Below, piece by piece: positions 10,497-19,500 of a DNA stretch of 64,000 bases. The position numbers and the translations under genes are program-made. Position 1 is the first letter of the stretch, and each line of letters starts with the position of its first letter. Origin of the DNA: an uncultured Desulfospira sp. (lineage in GTDB: Bacteria > Desulfobacterota > Desulfobacteria > Desulfobacterales > Desulfobacteraceae); contig OY760175.1 in NCBI GenBank assembly GCA_963663165.1, positions 2,912,001 to 2,976,000 of the forward strand. The letters run 5' to 3'. The notes below the pieces were generated by a model, which saw only the letters and a program-made list of their open reading frames with translations, was not told the origin of the DNA and made no database searches.

Positions 10497-11153
10497 CTAC
10501 GACTCCCACCCATGCTGCCCGATAAGCTTAACAAAGCGGCACCCGCCAAGGCTTTGGGTTTCCACCCCGTTCCGGGTCTTTCTCAGCTTGATCAGATCCT
10601 GGGTGAGCTGCCCGCCCACCGGCATGACAAGGCAGCCGCCCTCAGCCAGCTGATCCACTAACGGCGGGGGGATCTGGTTGCCGCCGGCGGTTACGATGAT
10701 GGCGTCAAAGGGGGCTTCCTGTTTCCACCCCTGGGTCCCATCGGAATACCGGGTAACAATGTTATGGTATTTCAGCCGGTCAAACAATTTGCGCGTCTGG
10801 AGAAAAAGGGCGTTATTCCGTTCAACGGTATACACCTTATAGACGATTTTTGAAAGCACGGCCGCCTGATAGCCGGACCCGGTGCCGATCTCAAGGACCC
10901 GTTCCCCGCCTTTTAATTCCAAATTCTGGGTCATCTCGGCAATGATATACGGCTGGGAAATGGTCTGGCCCTCACCAATGGGCAGGGGAAAATCCTCATA
11001 AGCGCTGTCCACTAAGGCTTCGCTCACGAACAAATGGCGGGGAACCTGGTCCATGGCCTTGATCACCAGAGGATCGGTCACCCCCCGGGCCATGATCTGT
11101 CTTTCAATCATATCCCTGCGCCGGCTGGTAAATTTTTTGGGCTCCGTATTCAT
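10497..11153 (-). CDS. pcm: Protein-L-isoaspartate O-methyltransferase
   Basis: VPRHLFV, GQTISQPY, VLEIGTGSGYQAA, APFDAIIVTA. Confidence 0.96.
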   Translation of the reverse strand: MNTEPKKFTSRRRDMIERQIMARGVTDPLVIKAMDQVPRHLFVSEALVDSAYEDFPLPIGEGQTISQPYIIAEMTQNLELKGGERVLEIGTGSGYQAAVLSKIVYKVYTVERNNALFLQTRKLFDRLKYHNIVTRYSDGTQGWKQEAPFDAIIVTAGGNQIPPPLVDQLAEGGCLVMPVGGQLTQDLIKLRKTRNGVETQSLGGCRFVKLIGQHGWES

Positions 11154-11331
11154 GAATGTCTTAATACCAGTAAGCTTGGGGAAGGTCAAGAAACATGAGA
11201 CCGGCAGCAACAAGTATTTTTCTTTTATGTCCAGCCCCCGTTTCCCGCCTCAGGTCTCCTGTCTCCGACTTTTGGCTCCCCGCTTCTTTGTCTTGCTTTT
11301 TCCTCAAAAGATCCGTATTACTGTTTTAGAT

Positions 11332-12342
11332 ATGAAACCCCTTTTAAAAATAGAAATCGCGGTGTTTGCGGCGGTCTGTATCTTTGGAATCGGCATTGGC
11401 GGATACATGCTTTTAGAGGGGTGGAATTTTCTTGACTCAGCCTATATGACGGCCATCACATTGAGTACCGTCGGCTTTATGGAAGTCCACGAAACCCATC
11501 ATCTGGGAAGAATTTTCACCATTTTGCTGATATTTACCGGGGGCGGCTACTATCTTTACATTGTCAGTGTGATCAGCAAATCCATCATTGAAGGTGAGAT
11601 AAAATCATTGCTAGGGAGGCAGCGATTGGACAAGCGGATACAAAAAATGCAGGGCCACTACATTGTATGCGGCTATGGCCGGATCGGAAAGGTCTTGTGT
11701 GACCTGATCAGTGAAAAAACCCGTGACCTGGTCGTCATTGAACAAAATGAGGCCATGCAGGCAAAGCTGGACAAAGACAAAATCCATTACCTGATCGGAG
11801 ACGCCTCCAGTGAAGACCTCCTGATCAAAGCAGGCATTGAACGGGCCAGCTTCCTGGTGGCCTGCCTGGCCACGGACACGGCCAATGTGTTTCTGGTTCT
11901 CACGGCCCGGCAGCTGAATCCGGATATTTATATCATGGCCCGGGCCAGCGGCCCCGAGGTCAGCAAGAAACTGATCGTGGCCGGGGCCAACAAGGTCGAG
12001 TCCCCTTATGACACCGGTGCCGTATCCATGGGGCTCAAACTGCTAAGGCCCAGTGTCAGAAGCTTTCTGGACACGGCCCTGTCCAGAAAAAAAGAGGACA
12101 TCCAGATCGAAGAACTCTATGTTCCGGCCTTATCCAAATACGCCAATGTGATGCTCAAGGACTCGGGCATCCGCCAGCAGTTTAACCTGATCATTATTTC
12201 CATTAAGAAAGAATCCGGACAGATGCTGTTCAACCCGCATTTTGAGACCTTGATTGAACCCATGGACACGGTCATCGTCATTGGGAAAACCCCTGACCTG
12301 GAAAAATTCCAAGAAGCCTTAAACCAGGAAAAAGAAGGATAG
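11332..12342 (+). CDS. Potassium channel protein with RCK (TrkA-N/C) domains
   Basis: ITLSTVGF pore filter, HYIVCGYGRIG Rossmann fold; start set at ATG 11332. Confidence 0.92.
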   Translation: MKPLLKIEIAVFAAVCIFGIGIGGYMLLEGWNFLDSAYMTAITLSTVGFMEVHETHHLGRIFTILLIFTGGGYYLYIVSVISKSIIEGEIKSLLGRQRLDKRIQKMQGHYIVCGYGRIGKVLCDLISEKTRDLVVIEQNEAMQAKLDKDKIHYLIGDASSEDLLIKAGIERASFLVACLATDTANVFLVLTARQLNPDIYIMARASGPEVSKKLIVAGANKVESPYDTGAVSMGLKLLRPSVRSFLDTALSRKKEDIQIEELYVPALSKYANVMLKDSGIRQQFNLIIISIKKESGQMLFNPHFETLIEPMDTVIVIGKTPDLEKFQEALNQEKEG

Positions 12343-12344
12343 GG

Positions 12345-13487
12345 CTACTCCCCTTTTAGCTGGGCCAGCTTCTTTTTTTTGGCCGCAAGGTCTTGTTCGT
12401 GGCTATAGATATATGTTGACTCTTTTTTAGAAGACCAGAAATCGTAAAACGCTTCTGCCCGGCCACTTTCAATATCATCTTCCAATTTCCGGATCTGATA
12501 TTCAAGCCTTGCGATTTCCGATGCAGTGGAGTCTGTTTCCGCGGTCCGGGCTGTCTGGGACCAGGTCTCACCGGATAGGACATTGTCTTCATCCAGGCGG
12601 CCTGCGGATGATGAACCGTCTGAATCATTTGAGTCCGAATCCGTTGAATCTGAGCCGGATGAATCGCTGGAATTAGAAGACACCAGGCCGGAATCTGAAC
12701 TATCCGTACTATCATCTGACGAACTTGCGGCCCGGGTCTGTGTCGAAGACTTTTTATCACCTGTTTTCAGTGCGGAACCAGTTCCTGTGGAATCTGTGCC
12801 GGAATGGGCACGGCTTTTCCCGGTAAGATACCGGGAAGATCTGCCGGGCGAATCCTGGGCCAGATGGCCTGATTCACGGGTATCATTGGAATTTGGATTT
12901 TTGTCAGCCGCCCAAGGGACTGGCCGGCCCCCATTGGCCTGATCAGTGGGGGGTGGCCCCATCCCGGGAGGGACAGGCGAGCCAAAGCGCTGGCGACTTT
13001 TTCCGGATTTTGACCGGCCCTTTTGATCGGGCGGGCCCGCGGCACTGCCGGGGGCCTGCCCCTTTTTGCTGACCTTTTCAGGGGGAAGCCAATTATTTTT
13101 TATGCTTTTGCCGGCCGGGCCGGTACCAACGGGGCTGAACGCATCGGCATCCGTGTAGGCGAAGCATCTGGCTGATTCAAAGTAATCATGGCTGTAAACC
13201 ACAGCATAATTATACCCTTTGAGCAATTTTTCCAGGACAGCTTCGAGGGGGACCCGGTCAAATGACAGGTCCTTTGAATAGTCGATAAAGGTTTCGGTAA
13301 TATAAATTTCAACATTGGCCTGATCGGCCAGGTCTATCAGAACCGATGCAACAGAGGCCTGGTTCTGATGGATACTCACAAGTCCCTGGTCACAGCTTAT
13401 ATTCAAAGGCCGGGCCAAAACCGGAACATCCGCCGCCCAGACAAGCAGGACAGCGGCAAACCATAGAATTTTAAACCCATCCTTCAT
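12345..13487 (-). CDS. Secreted protein: secretin-N/STN-like domain, Ser/Asp-rich linker, coiled-coil end
   Basis: Signal peptide; ASVASVLIDLADQANVEI...VPLEAVLEKLL; low-complexity S/D tract. Confidence 0.65.
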   Translation of the reverse strand: MKDGFKILWFAAVLLVWAADVPVLARPLNISCDQGLVSIHQNQASVASVLIDLADQANVEIYITETFIDYSKDLSFDRVPLEAVLEKLLKGYNYAVVYSHDYFESARCFAYTDADAFSPVGTGPAGKSIKNNWLPPEKVSKKGQAPGSAAGPPDQKGRSKSGKSRQRFGSPVPPGMGPPPTDQANGGRPVPWAADKNPNSNDTRESGHLAQDSPGRSSRYLTGKSRAHSGTDSTGTGSALKTGDKKSSTQTRAASSSDDSTDSSDSGLVSSNSSDSSGSDSTDSDSNDSDGSSSAGRLDEDNVLSGETWSQTARTAETDSTASEIARLEYQIRKLEDDIESGRAEAFYDFWSSKKESTYIYSHEQDLAAKKKKLAQLKGE

Positions 13488-13764
13488 TGCGTCATCGTTT
13501 GTTTCTCAGGAGTTGCCCTTAAAACCGCCTCAACGGCTTAACAACAGCGGCCTTACGGTCTATTCATCCTACATGAAGAACCCTTCGGGGACAATACTCT
13601 TTTTGGGCAGGGCCGCCGGCTATGGAGAAGGACGGCCGGAAAATTATGATTCCTTTGGACTGCTCGGTTGGTAACCGGAAACCAGATGTTGCCTACGCCC
13701 GGATTTGGTCTCCGGTCTCTTTTCTTCCGGTCTCCAGTCTCCGGTTTTCCGTCTCCGTTACTCT

Positions 13765-14691
13765 TTATAGAACAAAATCCTCCTTCTCCGCCAGGCCATC
13801 TCCTTGAAGAAGCTGTTCGGCCCCTGAAGGCACGGGCAGATGTTTAATCTTTTTGGGGACCCTGAACCGGGTCGGCGAAACCGGGGGCTTTTTCAGCAGG
13901 GTCCGCCAGCCGTTTTCCCGGTTGGCCCGGGCAATGTTTCCACTTCCAATGGGATCGAAATCAAGGGCCAGGGCCTGTTCAGGGGCTTGCAGCAGGTCAA
14001 TGACCAGACCATAGGAATAATTGAGTTGTGCGCCCAGATACTCCCGGTGATATGCGGGAACGATCTTTCTTGAAAATTCCAGAGACCGGACGAAAGACTG
14101 ATATTCCAGAAGTTCAATGGTGCCGTGGAACAGCTTTTTTTTAAATAAAAACCCGGGCTTTCCGGCTTTCATTTGTTTGCAAAGGGACCTGTCAGCCTCC
14201 CGGTTGGCCTGGCAGAAAAGTGCTGCGGCCTGGTTTGCCGGCCGGTTGACCCGGCTGTCGGCCAGCATTTCAATGTAGACGTGGCCCAGGCGCCCTGCCC
14301 TCAAACATCGGCCCATCAGATTGGGAACATAATAGTTATGGGCGGTAATATCGGCGGCCAGATGGGACAGATAGCCCAGGGCGTAAGTTTTGAGATAAGG
14401 GTTGTCTGCGGCGTCGTGCAAAAGGGCCAGACCGGTTTTCCAGTTATGGCTGTGCAACGGCTTGGCCCGGCTTCCCTTGCCGATGAAGATGTCCGCACTC
14501 AGGCATCCGTATAAAAAGACGGCCGGATCGGATAGAAGAAGCCGGGCGACCGCCAAAGGCAAAAGCTCAAGATTGTTCAGCACGGCATTGCCGATGGCCA
14601 TATGAACCCCCGGGCCCCATGCCAGGCAGACCGGGGCAACACCCAAAACGGCGATGAGGGTGTAAACCAATATCAGTGTCACTTTTTTCAT
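13765..14691 (-). CDS. Zinc-dependent phospholipase C family protein
   Basis: Signal peptide then WGPGVH; GYLSHLAADITAH; HVYIE. Confidence 0.88.
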   Translation of the reverse strand: MKKVTLILVYTLIAVLGVAPVCLAWGPGVHMAIGNAVLNNLELLPLAVARLLLSDPAVFLYGCLSADIFIGKGSRAKPLHSHNWKTGLALLHDAADNPYLKTYALGYLSHLAADITAHNYYVPNLMGRCLRAGRLGHVYIEMLADSRVNRPANQAAALFCQANREADRSLCKQMKAGKPGFLFKKKLFHGTIELLEYQSFVRSLEFSRKIVPAYHREYLGAQLNYSYGLVIDLLQAPEQALALDFDPIGSGNIARANRENGWRTLLKKPPVSPTRFRVPKKIKHLPVPSGAEQLLQGDGLAEKEDFVL

Positions 14692-14734
14692 GGTTTGTAT
14701 AGATCCTTCCCGGGCAGCGGCAGGAAGCTTTGTT

Positions 14735-16126
14735 TCAAAGCAGCGGCGCAACCAGGCGGGCAATCCCTTCCACCGTGTCCCGGGCGATTCCCACGGGCCG
14801 GGTACCTTCATCGCTTTGGGCCATAAGGCCCTGCACCCAGTTGCTCACCGCGATCACATCCGGTCCGGAGTAAGCGAGCATCACGATTTCGTAGTTCAGG
14901 AAAAGGCTGCGCATGTCCATGTTGGCCGATCCCACAACGGCCAGCCTCTCATCGGAAACAATCACCTTGGCATGGACCATGTGCGGATATTTCATAATCC
15001 TGCCGCCGCACTGTTCCAGCTCGCGCAGGTGGGTGCCCCGGGCCAGGTCGGCCAGCAGATGGTTGGACCGCAACGGCACCACCACCCGCACGTCAACCCC
15101 GCGCAGGGCCGCAAGGCGCAGGGCCTGGGCCAGCGCTTCGTCCGGGACATAGTAAGGGGTGACAATCCAGAATCTGTTGTTTGAAGTAAAGGCTGCGGTC
15201 AGCAGGGCATCATAAATGGGATCTCCTGGAACATCCGGCCCTGAAGGGACCACCTGCATGATCCCCGGGCCGCTTTGGGCCGGATAATCAAGGCCTTTGG
15301 GGATAATGTCGACTTTTTCGCCACAGGCAAAGCGCCAGTCCGACTGGAACACCTCAAGATAATGGTGGACCGCAGGTCCGGTCAAGACAAAGGAAAGGTC
15401 CGTCCAGCGCTCCTTGCAGGGATGGGGCCCGATATATTCCCTGGCAATGTTGGTTCCGCCGGCCAGCACCACTTTCTGGTCGGCAATGGCGATTTTGCGG
15501 TGGTTCCTGAGGTTGGCCTTTCCGTGAAAAGGCGCCCGGAACAGCGGCATGAAATAGCCCACCTGTCCACCGTTGTTCAGCAGGGGGGAAAGAAACCGGC
15601 GGGTGGTGAACATGGAACCGACATCATCCAGAAGCAGACAGACACTGACACCGGCCGCGGCCTTGCGGGAAAGCCGTTCCACGATGTCCTGGCCCACCTC
15701 GTCGCGGGAAAGGATAAACGTGGTGATCAGGATCTGGTGTTCGGCGGTTTCAATCAACCGGACCAGTTCATTGTACACCTCCACTCCGGTGGGGCAAAGG
15801 CAAACCCGGTTGCCGCCGGTGGCCCCGGGGATACCGTAGCCGCGCAGCAATGTGTCAATGGGATCAGCCTGCCCGGCCGGCACGGTTTCCTGGATCTTTA
15901 AATGAATGGCTTTTTTGGTGCCCGCGTCCCGTTTGAGTTTGCGGCCGCCCAAAAAAAGATACAGGGGCACCCCAAGATAAGGCGCAAATACAATGGCCAT
16001 GAGCCAGGCAAACGCCGCCGAAGACGTCCGCTGCCTTCGCAGCACGGACAGCGCCAGGGCCGCAGCCAGAATAAACCCTGCGACAACGGCCAGATGACCA
16101 ATTAAAAGGTGCCATTTCAAAAGCAT
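14735..16126 (-). CDS. cls: Cardiolipin synthase (phospholipase D family)
   Basis: Two HKD motifs (RNHRKIAIAD, HAKVIVSD) and N-terminal TM hairpin; GGAG RBS before ATG 16126. Confidence 0.93.
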   Translation of the reverse strand: MLLKWHLLIGHLAVVAGFILAAALALSVLRRQRTSSAAFAWLMAIVFAPYLGVPLYLFLGGRKLKRDAGTKKAIHLKIQETVPAGQADPIDTLLRGYGIPGATGGNRVCLCPTGVEVYNELVRLIETAEHQILITTFILSRDEVGQDIVERLSRKAAAGVSVCLLLDDVGSMFTTRRFLSPLLNNGGQVGYFMPLFRAPFHGKANLRNHRKIAIADQKVVLAGGTNIAREYIGPHPCKERWTDLSFVLTGPAVHHYLEVFQSDWRFACGEKVDIIPKGLDYPAQSGPGIMQVVPSGPDVPGDPIYDALLTAAFTSNNRFWIVTPYYVPDEALAQALRLAALRGVDVRVVVPLRSNHLLADLARGTHLRELEQCGGRIMKYPHMVHAKVIVSDERLAVVGSANMDMRSLFLNYEIVMLAYSGPDVIAVSNWVQGLMAQSDEGTRPVGIARDTVEGIARLVAPLL

Positions 16127-16216
16127 TCCAACTCCCCGGTATTTCCAGCAACAAAAACTTTGCAGAATATATCCCAACAGCAAAATAAATACCAGACTCA
16201 ACGCCGGCAGGCACAG

Positions 16217-16275
16217 GGCAATCCCATGTAAAAAAGCCATCCATTCCGGAATGGGAAATAAGGAGAACTCCAATA
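16217..16275. repeat. Repeat family D (CCATTCCGGAATGG palindrome), copy 1
   Basis: Matches 60972-61031. Confidence 0.75.
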
Positions 16276-16514
16276 TAACGGCCACGGGCCGCCCTGGTTA
16301 TCCAACCAAGCACCGCCCACAACAAATAATGAAACGGAAGATACCAGCAACGGTAGACTATAAATTGGGCACCGCAGGTGCTTCGCCCTCTTGTCTCTTG
16401 TTTCTTGTCTCCAGTTTCTTATAACGGCCACGGGCCGCCTTGGTTATCCAACCAAGTATCGCCCACAACGAATAATGAAAGTCTTATCACGCTGTTAGTG
16501 AGACTTTCATATAA
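16276..16514 (-). repeat. Family A tandem: long form (16276-16424) plus short form (16422-16514)
   Basis: Two cores in head-to-tail arrangement sharing TAA at 16422-16424. Confidence 0.92.
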
Positions 16515-16542
16515 AAATGTAGGGGGATTAGGCTGAAGGGAT

Positions 16543-18822
16543 TCAGCCTTCAGCCCCATCCCATTGGGCATACCGGTATCCGGGAGCGTAAAAAGACAGG
16601 GTTACCTCCCCGGGTCGGATGCCGGCGATTTGCCGCCCCATGTCATCAAAGGATATGTCATGGCTTAACCGGTCCGGGGAAAATGAATGGAAATGAAACA
16701 CATCAGCGGCTGACGGATCTTTGTAACTAAGGGTAATCACGCTGTCTTCGGGCAGGGCTGACAGCGTGACGGTAAACCCGGTCTGTTTCTGGATAACGTC
16801 CATCTCGACGGATTTGGGACAGGCCTTCCAGATTTCCAGGGAGGGGTCCCCCAGAACATGGTATATGGCAAAATGGCGTTTTATATTGATGCCGTCCCCC
16901 CAGTACCAGACCGGCAGGTATGCCTTGGCATAATTGAGGATATCGCCGATCCGGCTGTACCGGCCGGCGATAGGGGACACCGGGGGGGCGTTCTGTTCCG
17001 CATAAACCGGCAATATCCCGGGCCACAGGGCATCGAACAGGGCTTTCATCATCACGTCGCTGTACCAGGCACCGGCTTTGCGGGTGGCGGCGATCAGGGC
17101 CGGCACCCGGCCGGCCCTGATCAGGGCCTCGCTAAAGGCCCCCCGGGGGTTGGCGCTGTCAAAACATCCGGAAAGGCAGTTCAGGCTGAAAACAATTGAC
17201 GGTTCCTTGATGGTCCGGGTTCCCCGGTCCCTGGTTTCCTGGTCCATACCTAGGATATCCTGGTTGGTGAATCTGGGAATCTCCCATCCGTTGATATTGC
17301 CGTGTCCCCGGTGGGCCATGATCAGGCGGCCTTGCTTAAACGCGTTGAGGACGCTTGTTCTGGCCTGGTCCTCTGCCTGGAATTCAACGGTGCGGCGGTT
17401 GGTGCGCTCTATCTGGGCAATGGGCTGGCCGTTACAAAAACAGGTTGTCCGGTCATCCTCTTTAACAAAAATCTCCTCTGGTCTTAAATTAAATTGTTCC
17501 AAATGGTCATCAATGGATATCAGGGTTTTGACATAGTTGGTCACCGACCGTTCGGGATCCACCGCCTCAACCCCTTTTTCCAGTTCTCCGGCACAGGTGA
17601 TATTCTGATAATAGCCTGGATCCAGAGGCGGGTGCTGCTCATATTCAATGATTTGACGGATGACGGCCATGCCGGCACCATGGCCGTCATTGTCTGCTTC
17701 CAAAGGGATTCTGCCCACACTTACCCACGGAAACGAAAGCCCGGTTGCGGTTTCGTCTTCCCGGGTGGAATAATAATAATCCGTGAGTATGGTTTCGCCG
17801 GAAAGCCGGTCATAGGCGGGATCCGGGAAAATTTTCGGCTGAATATACCCCGTGTCCCCCATCAGCAGCAGATACCGAAGCCTTGCCCCGGGTGTGTCCC
17901 GGCATGTTTTGATATACGCCCTGAGGCGGTCCGGATCATCGGCCATGTTGCCGGCTGCCTTGACGGCCGTGGCCAGACCTTTCTGATTTTTCCACTTTGC
18001 CAGGGTAAGGGCCTCTTGTTCAAATGCCTCATGGTAAATGATCAGCAGTTCTGCCGCCGTGACATCCGCAGGTTCTTTGGGCGTTAACGTGAACCGGGGG
18101 CCGGGGCCTGAGCCCCGGGTCAAAGCCCCGGGCGGGTCTATCGGCGGTAATTTGGGGTTGATCAGCATGTTGTTGTAAAGGCCGTCAAGGGGCGGCAACG
18201 GGGCGGCCCTATCCAAAGGGACCATTGTCAACGGCATTTCAGCCTCAAGTTCGGCACAAAAGGTTAATTTGTCTTTCTGGGGGGTATACTGAAAGGGGGT
18301 GACATGAATGAGGATCACATGCTGCCCCTGGATTTCAAAAGAGCCTTCGGCCATGACCCGGTGTTTGGGAAAATGGTCATCATCGCCAAACCCGTCATAT
18401 CCCTGATCGTAATCATGGGCCTGGCCGGCATCCACTGTCCAGTTATCCTGGGAGGTCATTACCCAGGCATCTGCCGGCAGGCCTTTTTCCATGATCGCCA
18501 CATCAACGATGGGGGTCTCAGTAATGTCTTCAGGCAGGGGCACCCGGCAAGGTCCCGGCACACGGACATACCGGCCAAAGGACGGGATCAGCGGCTGTTT
18601 GTTCTTGCTGATATAACCGCATCCGGGAATACCGAGCTGAATCACATCTTTGGCTCTCTGGTTCTTAAACTGGACAGAGACATGGGAGGTCTGGTACCCC
18701 GAAAAAGCCACCGTAAACTTCAGGATCACGCCTTGGGCATGGCTGTCCACTATGTTGACTTGCCTGACAACAGGCCTTAAATCGTTTCCATTTCCCCCGA
18801 AAGCGACGGTTCTCACACTCAT
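16543..18822 (-). CDS. C25 family (gingipain-like, clan CD) cysteine peptidase with propeptide
   Basis: Propeptide-like PLIPSFGRYVRVP and VTPFQY; YLLLMGD, TDYYY, VGRIP; catalytic HRGHG and NCLSG; YHVLGDPSL. Confidence 0.9.
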   Translation of the reverse strand: MSVRTVAFGGNGNDLRPVVRQVNIVDSHAQGVILKFTVAFSGYQTSHVSVQFKNQRAKDVIQLGIPGCGYISKNKQPLIPSFGRYVRVPGPCRVPLPEDITETPIVDVAIMEKGLPADAWVMTSQDNWTVDAGQAHDYDQGYDGFGDDDHFPKHRVMAEGSFEIQGQHVILIHVTPFQYTPQKDKLTFCAELEAEMPLTMVPLDRAAPLPPLDGLYNNMLINPKLPPIDPPGALTRGSGPGPRFTLTPKEPADVTAAELLIIYHEAFEQEALTLAKWKNQKGLATAVKAAGNMADDPDRLRAYIKTCRDTPGARLRYLLLMGDTGYIQPKIFPDPAYDRLSGETILTDYYYSTREDETATGLSFPWVSVGRIPLEADNDGHGAGMAVIRQIIEYEQHPPLDPGYYQNITCAGELEKGVEAVDPERSVTNYVKTLISIDDHLEQFNLRPEEIFVKEDDRTTCFCNGQPIAQIERTNRRTVEFQAEDQARTSVLNAFKQGRLIMAHRGHGNINGWEIPRFTNQDILGMDQETRDRGTRTIKEPSIVFSLNCLSGCFDSANPRGAFSEALIRAGRVPALIAATRKAGAWYSDVMMKALFDALWPGILPVYAEQNAPPVSPIAGRYSRIGDILNYAKAYLPVWYWGDGINIKRHFAIYHVLGDPSLEIWKACPKSVEMDVIQKQTGFTVTLSALPEDSVITLSYKDPSAADVFHFHSFSPDRLSHDISFDDMGRQIAGIRPGEVTLSFYAPGYRYAQWDGAEG

Positions 18823-18869
18823 TTTATCCCCCTGCTGCCATTAAACCGGCATGTTCCGGAAACCTTCGA

Positions 18870-19262
18870 TTACCACTTCACACAGACCCTTCTGCCGCCG
18901 ATTCGAAAGCAGAAATTGTCCAGGGGAATAGCCAGAGGCAAAATTTCACCGACTTCGCATTCTACATTTGGAACAGCGTCACCGTTGGTGTCCTTAACCT
19001 CCACTGTCCAGCCGTCCTGAATTGAAAAATGAATTTTCCTTTTTGAGTTAACGGGGCTGAGCGCCTTGCCGTTGACCGTCACCAGGGGGAAATAATAGTC
19101 GTCGCCCTGGGCCAGATCATTGCACTCAAACTGCTTTGAAATCCACGACGTGACCATCTCGAAATCAATTTCAACGCCGTTTTTGTCTTTGATGGCAATG
19201 TCATAATCCTGGTTGGGATCAATCCCAATGCTGACCACGCGGCCGATGTAATCCATAGACAT
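18870..19262 (-). CDS. Small acidic protein with C-terminal cationic Cys-x8-Cys tail
   Basis: AAAGGAG RBS; 130 aa ending NFCFRIGGRRVCVKW. Confidence 0.8.
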   Translation of the reverse strand: MSMDYIGRVVSIGIDPNQDYDIAIKDKNGVEIDFEMVTSWISKQFECNDLAQGDDYYFPLVTVNGKALSPVNSKRKIHFSIQDGWTVEVKDTNGDAVPNVECEVGEILPLAIPLDNFCFRIGGRRVCVKW

Positions 19263-19288
19263 AATGTTTCTCCTTTATTTAATGGTTT

Positions 19289-19414
19289 GTGTTTGGACGA
19301 AAAGTCACCTGCCTGCTGCGTTGCAGGAAAATTTGCAATCCTCACAACCCTAATGGTTGCTCCGGTTGCAAATTTTCCTGCGCCTTGCATCTGGGCAACT
19401 TTTCGTCCAAACAC
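19289..19414. mobile_element. MITE-like palindromic element, family B (126 bp)
   Basis: Terminal inverted repeats GTGTTTGGACGAAAAGT / ACTTTTCGTCCAAACAC; inner IR GCAGGAAAATTTGCAA; end fragments at 7558 and 34780. Confidence 0.85.
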
Positions 19415-19500
19415 GGACAGATCTTCGTTCAGACATTATATAACTCACTGAAGGGCCGGACCATGCCGCCCTAAAAGCCTTCAGCCTGAACCCCTTCAGC

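Noticed and set aside
11053..11331. N-terminal extensions in the ORF track (K+ channel, pcm, cls, prs, permease, SpoIIM, MoxR)
   Set aside because: They overlap neighbouring genes or repeats; downstream ATGs fit the family N-termini better
16276..16514. Family A as a CRISPR array or integron attC sites
   Set aside because: No regular repeat-spacer period and no cas genes. The TAAC start recalls attC, but there is no consistent RYYYAAC/GTTRRRY pair, orientations are mixed and no integrase is present
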